Positions 1-11,356 of a DNA stretch of 64,000 nt are shown in pieces. The stretch is taken from positions 174,096,001-174,160,000 of the forward strand of contig OZ024740.1 of NCBI GenBank assembly GCA_964016885.1. The letters are read 5' to 3'. Under the pieces are notes generated by a model. It saw only the letters and a program-made list of their open reading frames with translations. It did no database searches and was not told where the DNA came from. The DNA is from Eledone cirrhosa. Lineage: Eukaryota. The position numbers and the translations under genes are program-made. Each line of letters starts with the position of its first letter. Positions within the stretch are counted from its first letter, which is position 1.

Positions 1-59
1 CCAGAAGTAACTTAGGAACACCACAAATCCTAAAACACCACAATCTCCAAGGGTACTAT

Positions 60-500
60 AAGAAGGTGTCCCTCTACTGAGCCACTGCTACGGAAGCTGC
101 AGTTGCTGCAGGACATCCCGCACGAACCAGAACGGGGAATGACGTCATATGCAGATGTCGTTACCACGATGGTGTTAGTCACCTCAAAAATCGAGGTGGT
201 CGGCAACTTCTTGGAGAAATATGAAAGATTGACGGGAGCAAAAATCTACCCGTTTAACAGCGTCGTCGAACAATAGACTGACAGACAGGTGAAGTTATTT
301 GGGGTCAGGTTGGGTTGAGGTAATGAGTAGTGTGGCCACTCTCACTCAAAATTGACCGAGAGAAATCTATCGCGGAAAGGTCAGACAGAAGTGGTTAACA
401 CGTACATTGCGTGTCATCTATTATTGCTTGACCGTCGTACCATGCTCTCGTTAGCGCCTAACCAAATTGTAGCTTCTGCTCTTCAACTTCTTGTGGAAGG
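60..500 (+). pseudogene. Decayed Tx1/L1-type non-LTR retrotransposon RT fragment
   Basis: Manual translation across frameshifts gives EPLLRKL...SYADVVTTMV (degenerate YADD), EVVGNFLEKYERLTGAKI and RNLSRKGQTEVVNTYI, typical of Tx1/L1 ORF2. Confidence 0.6.
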
Positions 501-1400
501 AACAGAAGTAGCGACGAAACATGAACAGAACCAAAAATTGCTTTCTGTCTTCAAGGAAGCCAAACAATTCAAAGAGAAGCCGTATTAACAGATAACTGAG
601 GAAAATGAGAATAAAAAAGAACTAAAGACAGAAATTGTAAAAAGCAAAATCTAAATTATAAACAGACTTCCAGAATGCTATGTTAAAACGATGGCAACAA
701 AAACATTGCCAATACACGAAAAAACTGAATTGAGAGGAAGTAGAGAAGTAAAACCCACAAAACTGGCTACGAAGAACTAGACTAAAAGCAGAGATTAAAA
801 GCAGAGGCGGCAGGATGTCTAATTGCAACATAAGATCAGAGCTCCACCCTCCCAAGAAACCACCAGAAATATATAATGAAGTAGAACACAGTAAGTAACT
901 GCAGAATATGTCGAGGTGGGGAAGAAACAATTAACCATATTATCTTTGGCTGCCCAGTCTTAGCCAAAAAGGAATATATCCACAGACGTGATAGAGTTGG
1001 ATTTACATACACTGGAAGCATTATTAAATATCAACAATAAATGGTTTCAGAATATGATAAAGCAAACATTCTCTGAGGTATGCCAATGCACGTGAACATG
1101 GAGATTAAAGCCAACTGACCGGACATTATATGCATTGATGCATCAATCTTCACAAACGACAATATATCTACCAAAGAGATGAAGAAACTATCCAAATATA
1201 AAGATCGAGAGAGAGAAATAATTCGAATGTGTATGAGGAAAACAGAAACAATACCCATGATAATAGGCTGGGAATGATAAAAAACCCACACAGACATATT
1301 CATAGCCCAAACCTCAGGACTTACAAAACATACAAAAATTGCACTATTAGGCACTGCACACATATTACAAAACGTATTCTTAATAAAATAGAAACAATGC
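500..1400 (+). pseudogene. Decayed 3' part of an R4/Dong-like (restriction-like endonuclease) LINE
   Basis: Fragments KAEAAGCLIAT*DQS, zinc knuckle CRICRGGEETINHIIFGCPVLAKKEYIHRRDRVG, EIKAN*PDI (PD motif), LSKYKD and KIALLGTAHIL, with stops and frameshifts. Confidence 0.75.
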
Positions 1401-4400
1401 CATAAAAAAACCACACAGCGTGTGCTCAGTGATGCAGTGACGATGTTCAGTAAACATAAGACTTCTACTACTAATAATAATGGTTTCTTTACTGGTTTCT
1501 AGGGCCGAAAAACTAAGGACAATATAAATAATCAGGGACAGTAGGAATTTGTATAAAACTAATACACAGAATAAAACCCGAGATAAACAAATAAATTCAA
1601 AACAACAGAATTCCCCTATACGATGAGAATTACCCAGGGGTAATTTACGAGAACAATCTGCAAAACATTCAATGTTTACTTACAATCGATTATATGGCAA
1701 TGTGCATGGAGTCTTATAGTATAATAAAATGAAACGCAATGAAATATTCCAATAGGGTTTTAGCCAATTGAGGCCAATCAACTAACCTCACAGTTCTCAA
1801 TATGCGATCTATAATGGCAATATTATATAGGCATGTAATATGAATCTCAAAGACCATGCCTTTTCTTTAATGACAGAGGAAACTTTGATTTTTCTTCAAC
1901 TGAAGATAGCGAGTTCAGTTTTTACATCTACCTCTCTTCTTCTGATGACCTGTTGCTGGAGCTGGTGTATTACTGCACGAGCTCCAGCAATTCTTCTGGA
2001 AAACGGCTACAAGATACTTGAACTTCTTCACCTACTTCAGTGGAACTCCACTCACATACAGGGTTCACAGCGTAAGTATCCCTGAGAGGACGAGAGTCTC
2101 AGACTTTCATTCCAGTTGTGAAACAGTCGGCAGCAAACCTATCAAGTGTATTTCGGAGATTACCTGATCAGTTAAATATACCATGTCGTTTGCAAATTGC
2201 AGCCAACTGGTTCTACACTCATTACTTTCATTACTTTGGTGCCTTTCCAAAGATCCAGGCCACCAGGTTCATACGAGTTAGCCAGAGCATACTTTCTCGG
2301 GCCTAATTTCATCCTCCTCAGCTACCTTGCCACATTTGAGCACTTTAATTGCCCTGTCGATCATGCATGCAGTCCTCTCCTCACCATGTCAATGACTGTG
2401 TCCAAGAGACAGGCAAAATCTGATATAACTTGGCACCAAAGACATCGCAGTTGAATTCAGAACTCAAAGGGATGAAAATAATACTGCAAGACATCACGAC
2501 CGACGCTCTAAGAAATGCCACAAATTCACCTTCCCAGGAGTGGTATCATACTTTATCCACCTTGAAAGAGTGAATGTTAAAGTTGATCTTGATAGAATTT
2601 GAACTCATAGCACATAGAGCTGGAACAAATACTGCAAAACCTATTTTAACAATTCGACTTTGTAACGGTTTTGCCAATCCATCGCCTTTCAAATGAAAAT
2701 ACTACTCACATATATAGAACGCTCTTAATGCTATTCCAAACAACATCCAAAAATAATGCCATTTTGTTGATTCCTCCTCAGCAACAGTGTTCAATTAATA
2801 GTGTTCAATTACAGACGCTGAAACATCTTATCAGAATATAGACTTCAAATGTCATGGGCGCTGTCCCTCATCCTATGGTTAAATTATAATAAAAAGTATA
2901 TCAAAGCGAAGGACAATAAGATAATATATTGGAAGACACTCCGTCTATCATTTTCCCACAATACATTCTTTATAAATTTTATTGATTTAAGCACAGCTTT
3001 TGCTAATTAGGATTAAAATAATTAACCATTACGTGACTGAATGAATTAGTAAAGATTAGAATTTAATTAAAAAGCTCGTTGATGATGAAGAGATTTAGAA
3101 ATTTTCTTAATGTTTAAATAAAATACCATCAAAATAAAATCAGGAGTGTCTCATCATTAATTGTGTTATGTCTGTGTTAAATACTTTTTACTCTCAATGG
3201 CCCAACCCACCTTGCTATATGTACATTCAATGTATAAGTAGATCTCACCAATGTAATCAGTAGAAGCACGGTATAACGGTAGCTTCAACTACTGGATTCA
3301 AATCTTTTAATGATCATAGCTAGTAGAGTAACTGGTTCGACAATCTTGAAGTTCTTTAGGTATATCTCCGCATTGCTTAGTAATTACCAGAGACTGGTGG
3401 GAGGAAAAAAAAAAAATTCTCAAACGGAAGATGTTGCAACAGAGCAGACTCAGCCAAAGGCACACGAGAGCCAGGTGGTGGTGTTAAACCATGTGACGGA
3501 ATACGTCTACCATTGATGTAGACCCCACTGGGATTTGAATGCAGGGAGCCAAAACATATACCGATACTCTAAAGATTCCACCAGTCCACTACTCTAGATT
3601 GGCACTTTATTTTAACGACTACGAAAGTATGATAAGCAAAGTTGATCCCAGCGAGATTTTAATTCAGAATACAAGAAGCCAGAATAACTATCACAAGGTA
3701 TTTCGTTCAATGGTCTAGCATTTCTCCAACACAACGCTTACTTCGACGTTCTAATGCTTCTGCCAATTCACTGCTTACACGAAGAAAAAAATCTTTAGTC
3801 GTATATAAATAACATAATGCATTACGTAAATAAAAGTCATATATGAAATCATCAGACAGATCCACCAATATATAAATCTAGAAATAAGATCAATTTATTT
3901 GTACCATATCAGATACTTTCAAATATATTTCATAGATTTTATTTAAAGATGGCAGTTTTCTTTTTGATTCTCAAATTTCTCGTGTAATATTTAAAGCAAT
4001 TAGTTTAGGTTTCGCTGAAAAGGAAAAAAAATCTTGTCTTCGGTTATTTTTCATCTCATCCGCAATATCGTACTTTCATCTCAGCTAAATTATCTGTTCT
4101 CATCATATTTGTATACTAAATATGTTCATCAAAAGGTATTACCATGCTAGCATAGTTTATCTTAAACTTGCTAGCTGTATTCCTCCATCTACGATAGCTC
4201 AGTCACAAATTGCCTTCTTTAAGCGCTTGATTTCCACGAGATATCTTAGTCTGTGATTAGGGAGTAGGAAACATTAAAAGATGTTGCAATATCTTTTAAG
4301 CCTATTTTTGGAAATGGTTCGTTGATCTGATTACCAACAAGTCAATAAGGGAGCTGCTATGCAATCAATATACATGCTAGAAATAATGACCCAATCTCCA

Positions 4401-4579
4401 TCAAAATCATATTCTACTGTCTTAAAAATAACAGGCGGTATTGTCGCGACTGGATTGCCTCGAACAGGGATGACCCGGGGTTAAATAACAAGAAAAGCCT
4501 GGTTACCATTTCTTCGTAAAAGTAACATCACCGGAGTATCAATCTAGAGGTAAACACAAATAAGAAGAGGTCGGCTTCA

Positions 4580-4880
4580 TTCAGAACGAAATTACAGAGG
4601 TGCCGATTTGATGCTCAAAGTCAGGGATAAAAATACTTGTACACTGATAAATGTCTATATCCATTCTGTCAAAAACATTGACAGAAAGGAGGCGAAGAAA
4701 CAGTCAAAATATAAAGATATTGAAATTGAAATAAACGGAATGCTAGGCATGAAAGTTACCAATAATAATTGAAGTACTAATAAATTATATAAACAAAATT
4801 ATACAAACTATTTAAGGATTGACGAAGTCGTATACACTTCAAAACTAACTCTGCTAGTTACAGCCCACATCCAACGCAAT
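4580..4880 (+). pseudogene. Older R4/Dong-like endonuclease remnant
   Basis: SKYKDIEIEINGMLGMK and a KLTLLVTAHI-like motif parallel the 500-1400 fragment. Confidence 0.45.
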
Positions 4881-4949
4881 ACAATTTTAATTCAACAACA
4901 CAAATACAAACAGTACACGCACCCTACACAATATGCGTGTATATCACAC

Positions 4950-5265
4950 TTTCGTCGGTTCCGACGACGAGTGTTCCAATTACTTTAACAATGAAATAGA
5001 CTGTTCGTGAAACAAACATTCGTATGACTGAGCATACCACAGAAACGAGCACCTATAAAACAATTCTCAGGAAGAAACAGCGAAGTACACTGTTTGACAA
5101 GACTGGCTCTTTGAATTACAATTACAACTAATTTTTGCCAGCTGAGTGAACTGAGGCAACGCGAAATGAAGTGTCTTTCTCCAGGACACAACGCGCTATC
5201 AGGAATTGAACTAGCAAGATTATGACAGCGAGCCAGAAACTCTAACCACTAAGTCACGCGTCTCT
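4950..5265 (-). mobile_element. Diverged tRNA-derived SINE (CORE-like type)
   Basis: Similar to the 35508-35722 and 57912-58126 copies (AAGTGTCTT..CAGGACACAACGC...GAATTGAAC...CTAACCACT). Confidence 0.55.
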
Positions 5266-5681
5266 ACACCCTATACAATAAACATCTAATAAAACAACAG
5301 AACCTATATTATGTATGCTCTTCACTACAGAAAAACATTAAAATGGTCTTTAAAACAGGAAACCAAATACCACAACAAAGGAGTTAGTGATGCAATAGAT
5401 TCTCGCACAAAATTGCCTAAATGTGAAAAATGTTCGAGTAATCCGTGGAAAGCTAGATCTTTGGATGTAGTGCAGAAAATGTGATTACTTGGATCAGCAA
5501 GAATTATTCAGAAAGCCTTCAATACAACGTAAGCAAAGGTAAAAACATGACGGAAGAGCCTTAGTTAGAAGAAGATTACTACTCATCCAAGACAATAACT
5601 CGTGTAACAGCAGCAACAACAGTAGCACCATCACACCACCACCACAACCGCAACAACAACAACAACAACAATGAGGATAAT

Positions 5682-5818
5682 AATCGTTTCTACTTTTGGC
5701 ACAAGGCCAGCAATTACCCAGTGCATTACTGGTACTTTATTTTATCGAGCCCGTAAGGATGAAAGGCAAAGTTAACCTCGGCGGGATTCGAACTCAGAAT
5801 GGCAAGGGCCGTAACTCT
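5682..5818 (-). mobile_element. SINE family A, 5'-truncated copy
   Basis: Reverse complement of the GAGTTC.AATCCCGCCGAGGTTAACTTTGCCTTTCATCC...AAAGTACCAG...GTAGAAAC sequence repeated more than ten times in this window. Confidence 0.85.
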
Positions 5819-6898
5819 GATAATAATGGTTACGATATTGCCAACACTAGTCTACCACAGAATATATAAACATTTTATACAAACATGCTGTAGTATACAG
5901 ATATAATAGATGGAGACAGGACAACATTGTAATATAAACTTAATAAAAAAAAGATATAACAAATATATATCAATGTAAAATAACACACACACACGCACGC
6001 ACATATATGCGAATACATTGAGAAGAGTGAGAACCGGCACTCATAATTAATGACTAGGTTTCATATATCGTCATGATATGACTCACTTGCGTTAAGCTGA
6101 CGCAGGTTTTGATCTCCTTAGCTTCTCAGATTGGCCTAATTCGTTATCTGAATCTGGATAATCCGTTGATTTCTATTTTAAACGAATGTAGGAGGTGTAG
6201 GAGGAAATAGTATGAGGAATGGGATAAGGATACAAAGCCAACCCAAGCACTCTTGGTTGTTTCTAGTCGTAGATCATGCAAAGTAAGTTGAAAATGACAT
6301 TTCCAACTGTGATATTGATATTGTTTTCAAGGAGATTTTGTTAGCCCTCACCTTGTGCATTTATTTAAAAATCCAAATTCCTCTTTTAAGTTATCTTTCA
6401 TTAGTTTTTCATTCTCAACATCCTCAACGCCATATATACTGCCGCCAAAGATTGCTTCATATTTAAATATCAAGCAAGTCAAAAGAAGTACCATTTAATT
6501 TATACGTCAGCAGGAGTCCAGAATCTTTTCTCCAGATTAACTTTACAGAACAAGCGGTGACGTACACTAATGTTATATGATTATCACTGGAGTTTGTGTC
6601 TATCTGTACAATCAGCGAAAATTATAATAGCAGTATTTTATTTTCGTAAAATTTATTTACAGTTTTCACGAATCGAATGTTTTTCCACACATAATTATGT
6701 TTGTGTTTCTGTAAATAGACTGCAAATAATGTATGAACAGCTTCTTCTTACTAAGCAGAGTGGTAGTCTTCCCTTACCATCTTATCAGCACTTTTAACAG
6801 CAGGAAACAAAGATTAACCTCATTTCAAGACATATTGTAATATTCATATTTCTCGGTTTATCATCATCATCATCATCATCATCATCCTCATTATTATT

Positions 6899-7004
6899 AG
6901 GGCGATGATTTGGCAGTATTGGTAGACAGTGGGACACCATGCTTTGCAGCATAGAGTTATGACCCTTTATGTTCTGAGTTCAAATTCGTCGAGGTTAACT
7001 TTGA
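6899..7004 (+). mobile_element. SINE family A, diverged 5' half
   Basis: TGGCAGTATTGGTAGA (A-box-like) ... GAGTTCAAATTC (B-box-like) ... GAGGTTAACTTTG. Confidence 0.7.
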
Positions 7005-7009
7005 CGGAC

Positions 7010-7690
7010 CACATCCGTCTCTGCAGGTAATGACCGATGGCACTGTTTCGTCTGCAGCGAAATATCGCATTTGCGAGCCTTCTGCTCTCAGCTCAAAAAT
7101 ACAAGAGATCGTAAGCCTCAATTGCTACCGACGCTAGGGCAAGAGCGACGACGTTCTCGAAGAAACTCTGGGCATCGATGAAAAAATCGAACTAACCAGT
7201 CTGTTCCATTTGAGCCGGGGACTATGAACAATTTTGCAGACATCTACTAGCTTGAGACAAACTACAGGCTTCTAAGTCCTATCAGACGGACCTGACCGAG
7301 ATGTACGCAGGGTGAGGAAACCATTCTGCGCGCACTCGTCCTGTGTCCGAGCATTGCTGACCTGTGGAAGTTTGTCGAACAGCTATTATCGCATGTAGGA
7401 CGGATCCAGTCGACTCTATTGAGAAGTTCGACGCGCCCCTTTCTTTTGGTCGGGGAGGGCTGGCAGTTTTCCTGTCTGGTAGCTGTAGCGAAAGAGGTGG
7501 TGTGCTGGACGTGACTAAAATGACTGGAAACAAACACTTTCGGCTAAGACCTCATCAACGTTTTCAAGTTCCATTCGGAAAGAGATGGAAGTGCTACCCA
7601 CACGTACATTTAAAAAAAGTTGAGTAAATGTAGTGAGGATGTGCCTTGTAGGCTGGAAAGTTTAGAGGAGAGGTGCATCTTTTGCTAGTG
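7010..7690 (+). pseudogene. Tx1/L1-type ORF2 C-terminal (zf-RVT-like) remnant
   Basis: T*PRCTQGEETILRALVLCPSIADLWKFVEQLLSHVGR matches the CxxC..ET..H...C zinc-binding tail of Tx1/L1 ORF2, followed by VAVAKEVVCWT. Confidence 0.6.
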
Positions 7691-7755
7691 GTCTGGTAGA
7701 TTAAGTTGAGGATTTGTGAGGTTGGGGGATTTTATTGTTATTATTTTATTGTTAA

Positions 7756-7942
7756 GGGCGGTGGATTGGCAGTATCGGTAGAGGGTCGGACGCCATGCTT
7801 CCCAGCATAGTTACGTCCCTTTACAGTCTGAGTTCTAATCCCGCCGAGGTTAACTTTGCCTTTCATCCTCACGGGGTCGATAAAATAAAGTACCAGTAAT
7901 GCACTGGGATAATTGCTGGCCTTCTGCCAAAAGTAGAAACAA
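7756..7942 (+). mobile_element. SINE family A, full length with TSD
   Basis: tRNA-like head and central CCTTTCATCC..GGGGTCGATAAAA..AGTACCAG block (resembles the Meta-SINE domain, from recall). Flanked by direct repeat TTATTTTATTGTTAA at 7741-7755 and 7943-7957. Confidence 0.9.
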
Positions 7943-8238
7943 TTATTTTATTGTTAATTGAAACCCGTTATCATGCTTTTATACTGTCTCCGCTTTTGTA
8001 TAGTCCTTTATGGCTCGGCCCTAGTATCCAATGATGAAATATTAATATATGTTTAATTAGATGGCAGCCTTGGGTCCATACTTATATCCCTCGTAACATT
8101 AGCTGTATCTTTTTTTCATTTAAACCTTCCCGCTAATATCTGACACTCTCATCAGCACCACCGCCAGCTGATAACAATGAAAGCCACCACCACGAAACTT
8201 ATAAACGGCCACCAGCACTATCGACTCGGCACCATCGC

Positions 8239-8326
8239 CTTGCTGCTGCTGCTACTACTACTACTACTACTACTACTGAGGTTGCTGCTGCTACTACTAC
8301 TACTACTACTACTGCTGCTGCTGCCG

Positions 8327-8370
<44 letters not shown>

Positions 8371-8484
8371 GCTGCTGCTGCTACTACTACTGCTGCTGCT
8401 ACTATTACTACTATTGCTGCTGCTGCTACTACTATTACTACTACTACTGCTACTGCTGCTGCTGCTACTACTACTACTACTACT
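8239..8484. repeat. (CTA/CTG)n trinucleotide microsatellite
   Basis: Mixed CTA/CTG triplets; source of the poly-Leu and poly-Ser ORFs. Confidence 0.97.
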
Positions 8485-8756
8485 AAAAATAACTCCTTTT
8501 TTCAATATCAATTCAGCACTTCCTACATTTGACAGAGTTTCTTGTAGCCCCCCCCCCTATTCACTCTTACACTTTTCTCCCCCTCTCTCCAAAAGCCATA
8601 CCTATATATCTACACATTTCTGTCATATTTTTGTAACTATATATTTTTCTAATTTATACTTCTAATCATTTCATTATTGTACACATATTTATTTCTATTT
8701 AAAAATGTTTTATCTACTTAAGTGACCGTTTGTTGCCAGATACGTCTAATACTGCT

Positions 8757-8758
<2 letters not shown>

Positions 8759-8848
<90 letters not shown>

Positions 8849-8936
8849 GGTGTGTGTGTGTGTCTGTGCGTGCATGTGAACGTATATATATATATACTTA
8901 TTATGTTATATATATGTATGTGTGTGTTTGCATGTT

Positions 8937-8977
<41 letters not shown>

Positions 8978-8997
8978 AAACGCACATGCCCACATAC

Positions 8998-9091
<94 letters not shown>
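8759..9091. repeat. Compound (CA)n/(TA)n/(TG)n microsatellite
   Basis: Direct reading. Confidence 0.97.
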
Positions 9092-9094
<3 letters not shown>

Positions 9095-10328
9095 CGCTCT
9101 ACTTCAGGAAAGTAAAAAATATATTAGTGCATCACACAGCCTCCAAGATTTTTCACATACCAAATTCCAGCTGGGCCTTCTGATTGCTTGCCAAGAGAGT
9201 CACAAATATAACTTCCCATCCAGCCTTCCCATTAAACCTGTCTCGCCATACATAATTGCCAAATGCGAACATATGTCTAATCACGCCAAAAAAGCGACAG
9301 TTTGCGATGGTGCCTTTCAGTTACCCCAGAACAATGCATTATACGCTACCTCACCAATATCTTTACGTTTATCTCTTCTAATCAATGGTAGATCGCGGCG
9401 GGTAGATTAGCAGGGCGAAAATGAAAAGAAGTACTCGCTTGCTGAAAATGTTTATTAGATTACGTGAAATTTCTGATTGTTGGTGATGTGAGCTCTAGTT
9501 GCTTGTGCTTTAGCAGTTCTCTGAGATGTAGCAGATTCAACGAAGAAACCAGGCGGTGACGTTGATTGTGACCATGCTGACTTACAGTTAAAATCCGTGT
9601 AGTTTCAAGACAGTATTGAACTCTTGCAGAAAATGTTACCGCTATAAGCATATAAAGCAACTACGTAGGAGATCACCAATGCGGGTTTGGACGGAGAATA
9701 ATTAAATCATGAGAAACAGGGCTTGTTTTTATACCTTAATTTATTCATATGTCCTGATATTTCATCATGGTATAGCAAGCCACATCGGACACTGGAATGT
9801 ATCCCGGGTTCAATCGGGGGTAACCACAGTAAGAAAGGTACTCAGTACATAGCAGAGTATAAATATTTAATTTAGAAATGGCTTCTACAGGTCTAGAACT
9901 GTTTCATTCGAAGGAAATCATCAGGAAAGCCGACAGTCAATGTGAGATGGTGGTATTTACACATTTTCTTGTGGTAGGGGAAGGTGGTGATTGGGGTGGG
10001 TGGATGTCATTGGCTGATGGGTTTAAAGAATGGGACTTCTTTGAAAAATCTGTATTTAGAGAAAAATACAGAATGATACAAATGCAGGCACTCCTAATTT
10101 TCAAAGTTCATTTATTCTAAGCAAACAAAGGGTTTTCATCAGTGGCGTAACTAACGGGGGGGGGGGGGGCTGCCTCCCCCCCTGGCTTTCCTGTCGGTCT
10201 AGGTGGGCCCCTAGGCTATAATTCTAAACACATAACTTAACAACGTAAAGAAAACGCTTAATCTCTAATAAGACTAGAAGTTAAGACCAATCTCTTGTTT
10301 ATTTAAAAAATATAATATTTCGGATAAA

Positions 10329-10577
10329 ATGGCAACTGCATCTAAAAAAAAGTGTAGACAATATTCCATCGAATAAAAACGTTAAATTTTTTTTTTACTT
10401 GCTTTCCCCACATCTTATTTAATTGAGTCAGGTTTCAGTCAGGTGTTGCATCTGCTTTCAAAAAGTCAAAATCGCCTTGATATAGAAAGAAGAGGTGATT
10501 TACGACTCTCTCTAACGGCTTTCACACCAAACATTGACAAATTAGTAGCCTTGCATCAATCACAGGGATCTCATTAA
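10329..10577 (+). pseudogene. Internally deleted Charlie/Buster (ZBED5/SCAND3-like) transposase remnant
   Basis: MATASKKKCRQYSIE* (10329-10376) adjoins LAFPTSYLIESGFSQVLHLLSKSQNRLDIERRGDLRLSLTAFTPNIDKLVALHQSQGSH* (10398-10577): the N- and C-terminal signatures of this family. Confidence 0.8.
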
Positions 10578-11009
10578 AAACCGATTATTATATTCTTTGA
10601 TTTGTAAATATAAATAAATGATTTGATATCTAAATTCTATATTATTCTATTTGTTTGAAACGTTGTAATACATGCTTATGTTATTCTCGATACTCAGGTT
10701 TTTAACCTAATATTTAATTAAAAGTATAATTATGCATGAGTATATACACACAAATATATATATCTATATATTGTGTGTATATATAGAAAAAATATATATA
10801 ATATTTTTATTTATGTTGTTACTTTTTATCATTAGTCACATTTTAGAACAATTTGGTATTTGCGACATTTCCTGGACTCTATGTTTTGATTTTCGTCGAT
10901 TATTTGACATGTTTTACATTCTTCGGTGTTGAATATCAAATCAAGTAAATTGCATTATTCCAAGTGTGTCAATATAGTGCTCATTGTGGGTATGGTGTGG
11001 TGTGTAGTG

Positions 11010-11225
11010 GCCGGAGGCTGGGCGTGCTTGACCGGAAGCGTGCTCGACCGGAAGGGCGAGCAGATGTGACGTCAGCTTGAGAGGCCCCTTTCTCTTCTAC
11101 GGCGGTCATCGGACTGAGACAGACGTGCGATTTGAGGCTGCGATCAGCGAGCTGGATTGTACACACGTGGAAGAGAGGAAAACCGGCCAACGACTTTGCC
11201 AGGACCAGAGAAATGCGGTAAGTGA
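11010..11225 (+). promoter_or_regulatory. Putative transposon promoter / first non-coding exon
   Basis: GC-rich island with two tandem 16-bp units containing ACCGGAAG (ETS-type), TGACGTCA at 11067-11074 (CRE), CACGTG at 11164-11169 and a donor-like GTAAGT at 11218. Confidence 0.45.
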
Positions 11226-11356
11226 AGTGGCTTTCTAATCACAAGCTATTTCGGCACTTAAAGACTTATAGAAAAAAAAAAAGAAAAAGGAAAAAGGAAG
11301 AATTTTTTTAAAGACAAAGCCACTGGAAAACAGTGTCAATATAGTGGTCATTCACA

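Noticed and set aside
8177-8665. Poly-Leu / poly-Ser ORFs
   Set aside because: Artefacts of the CTA/CTG microsatellite.
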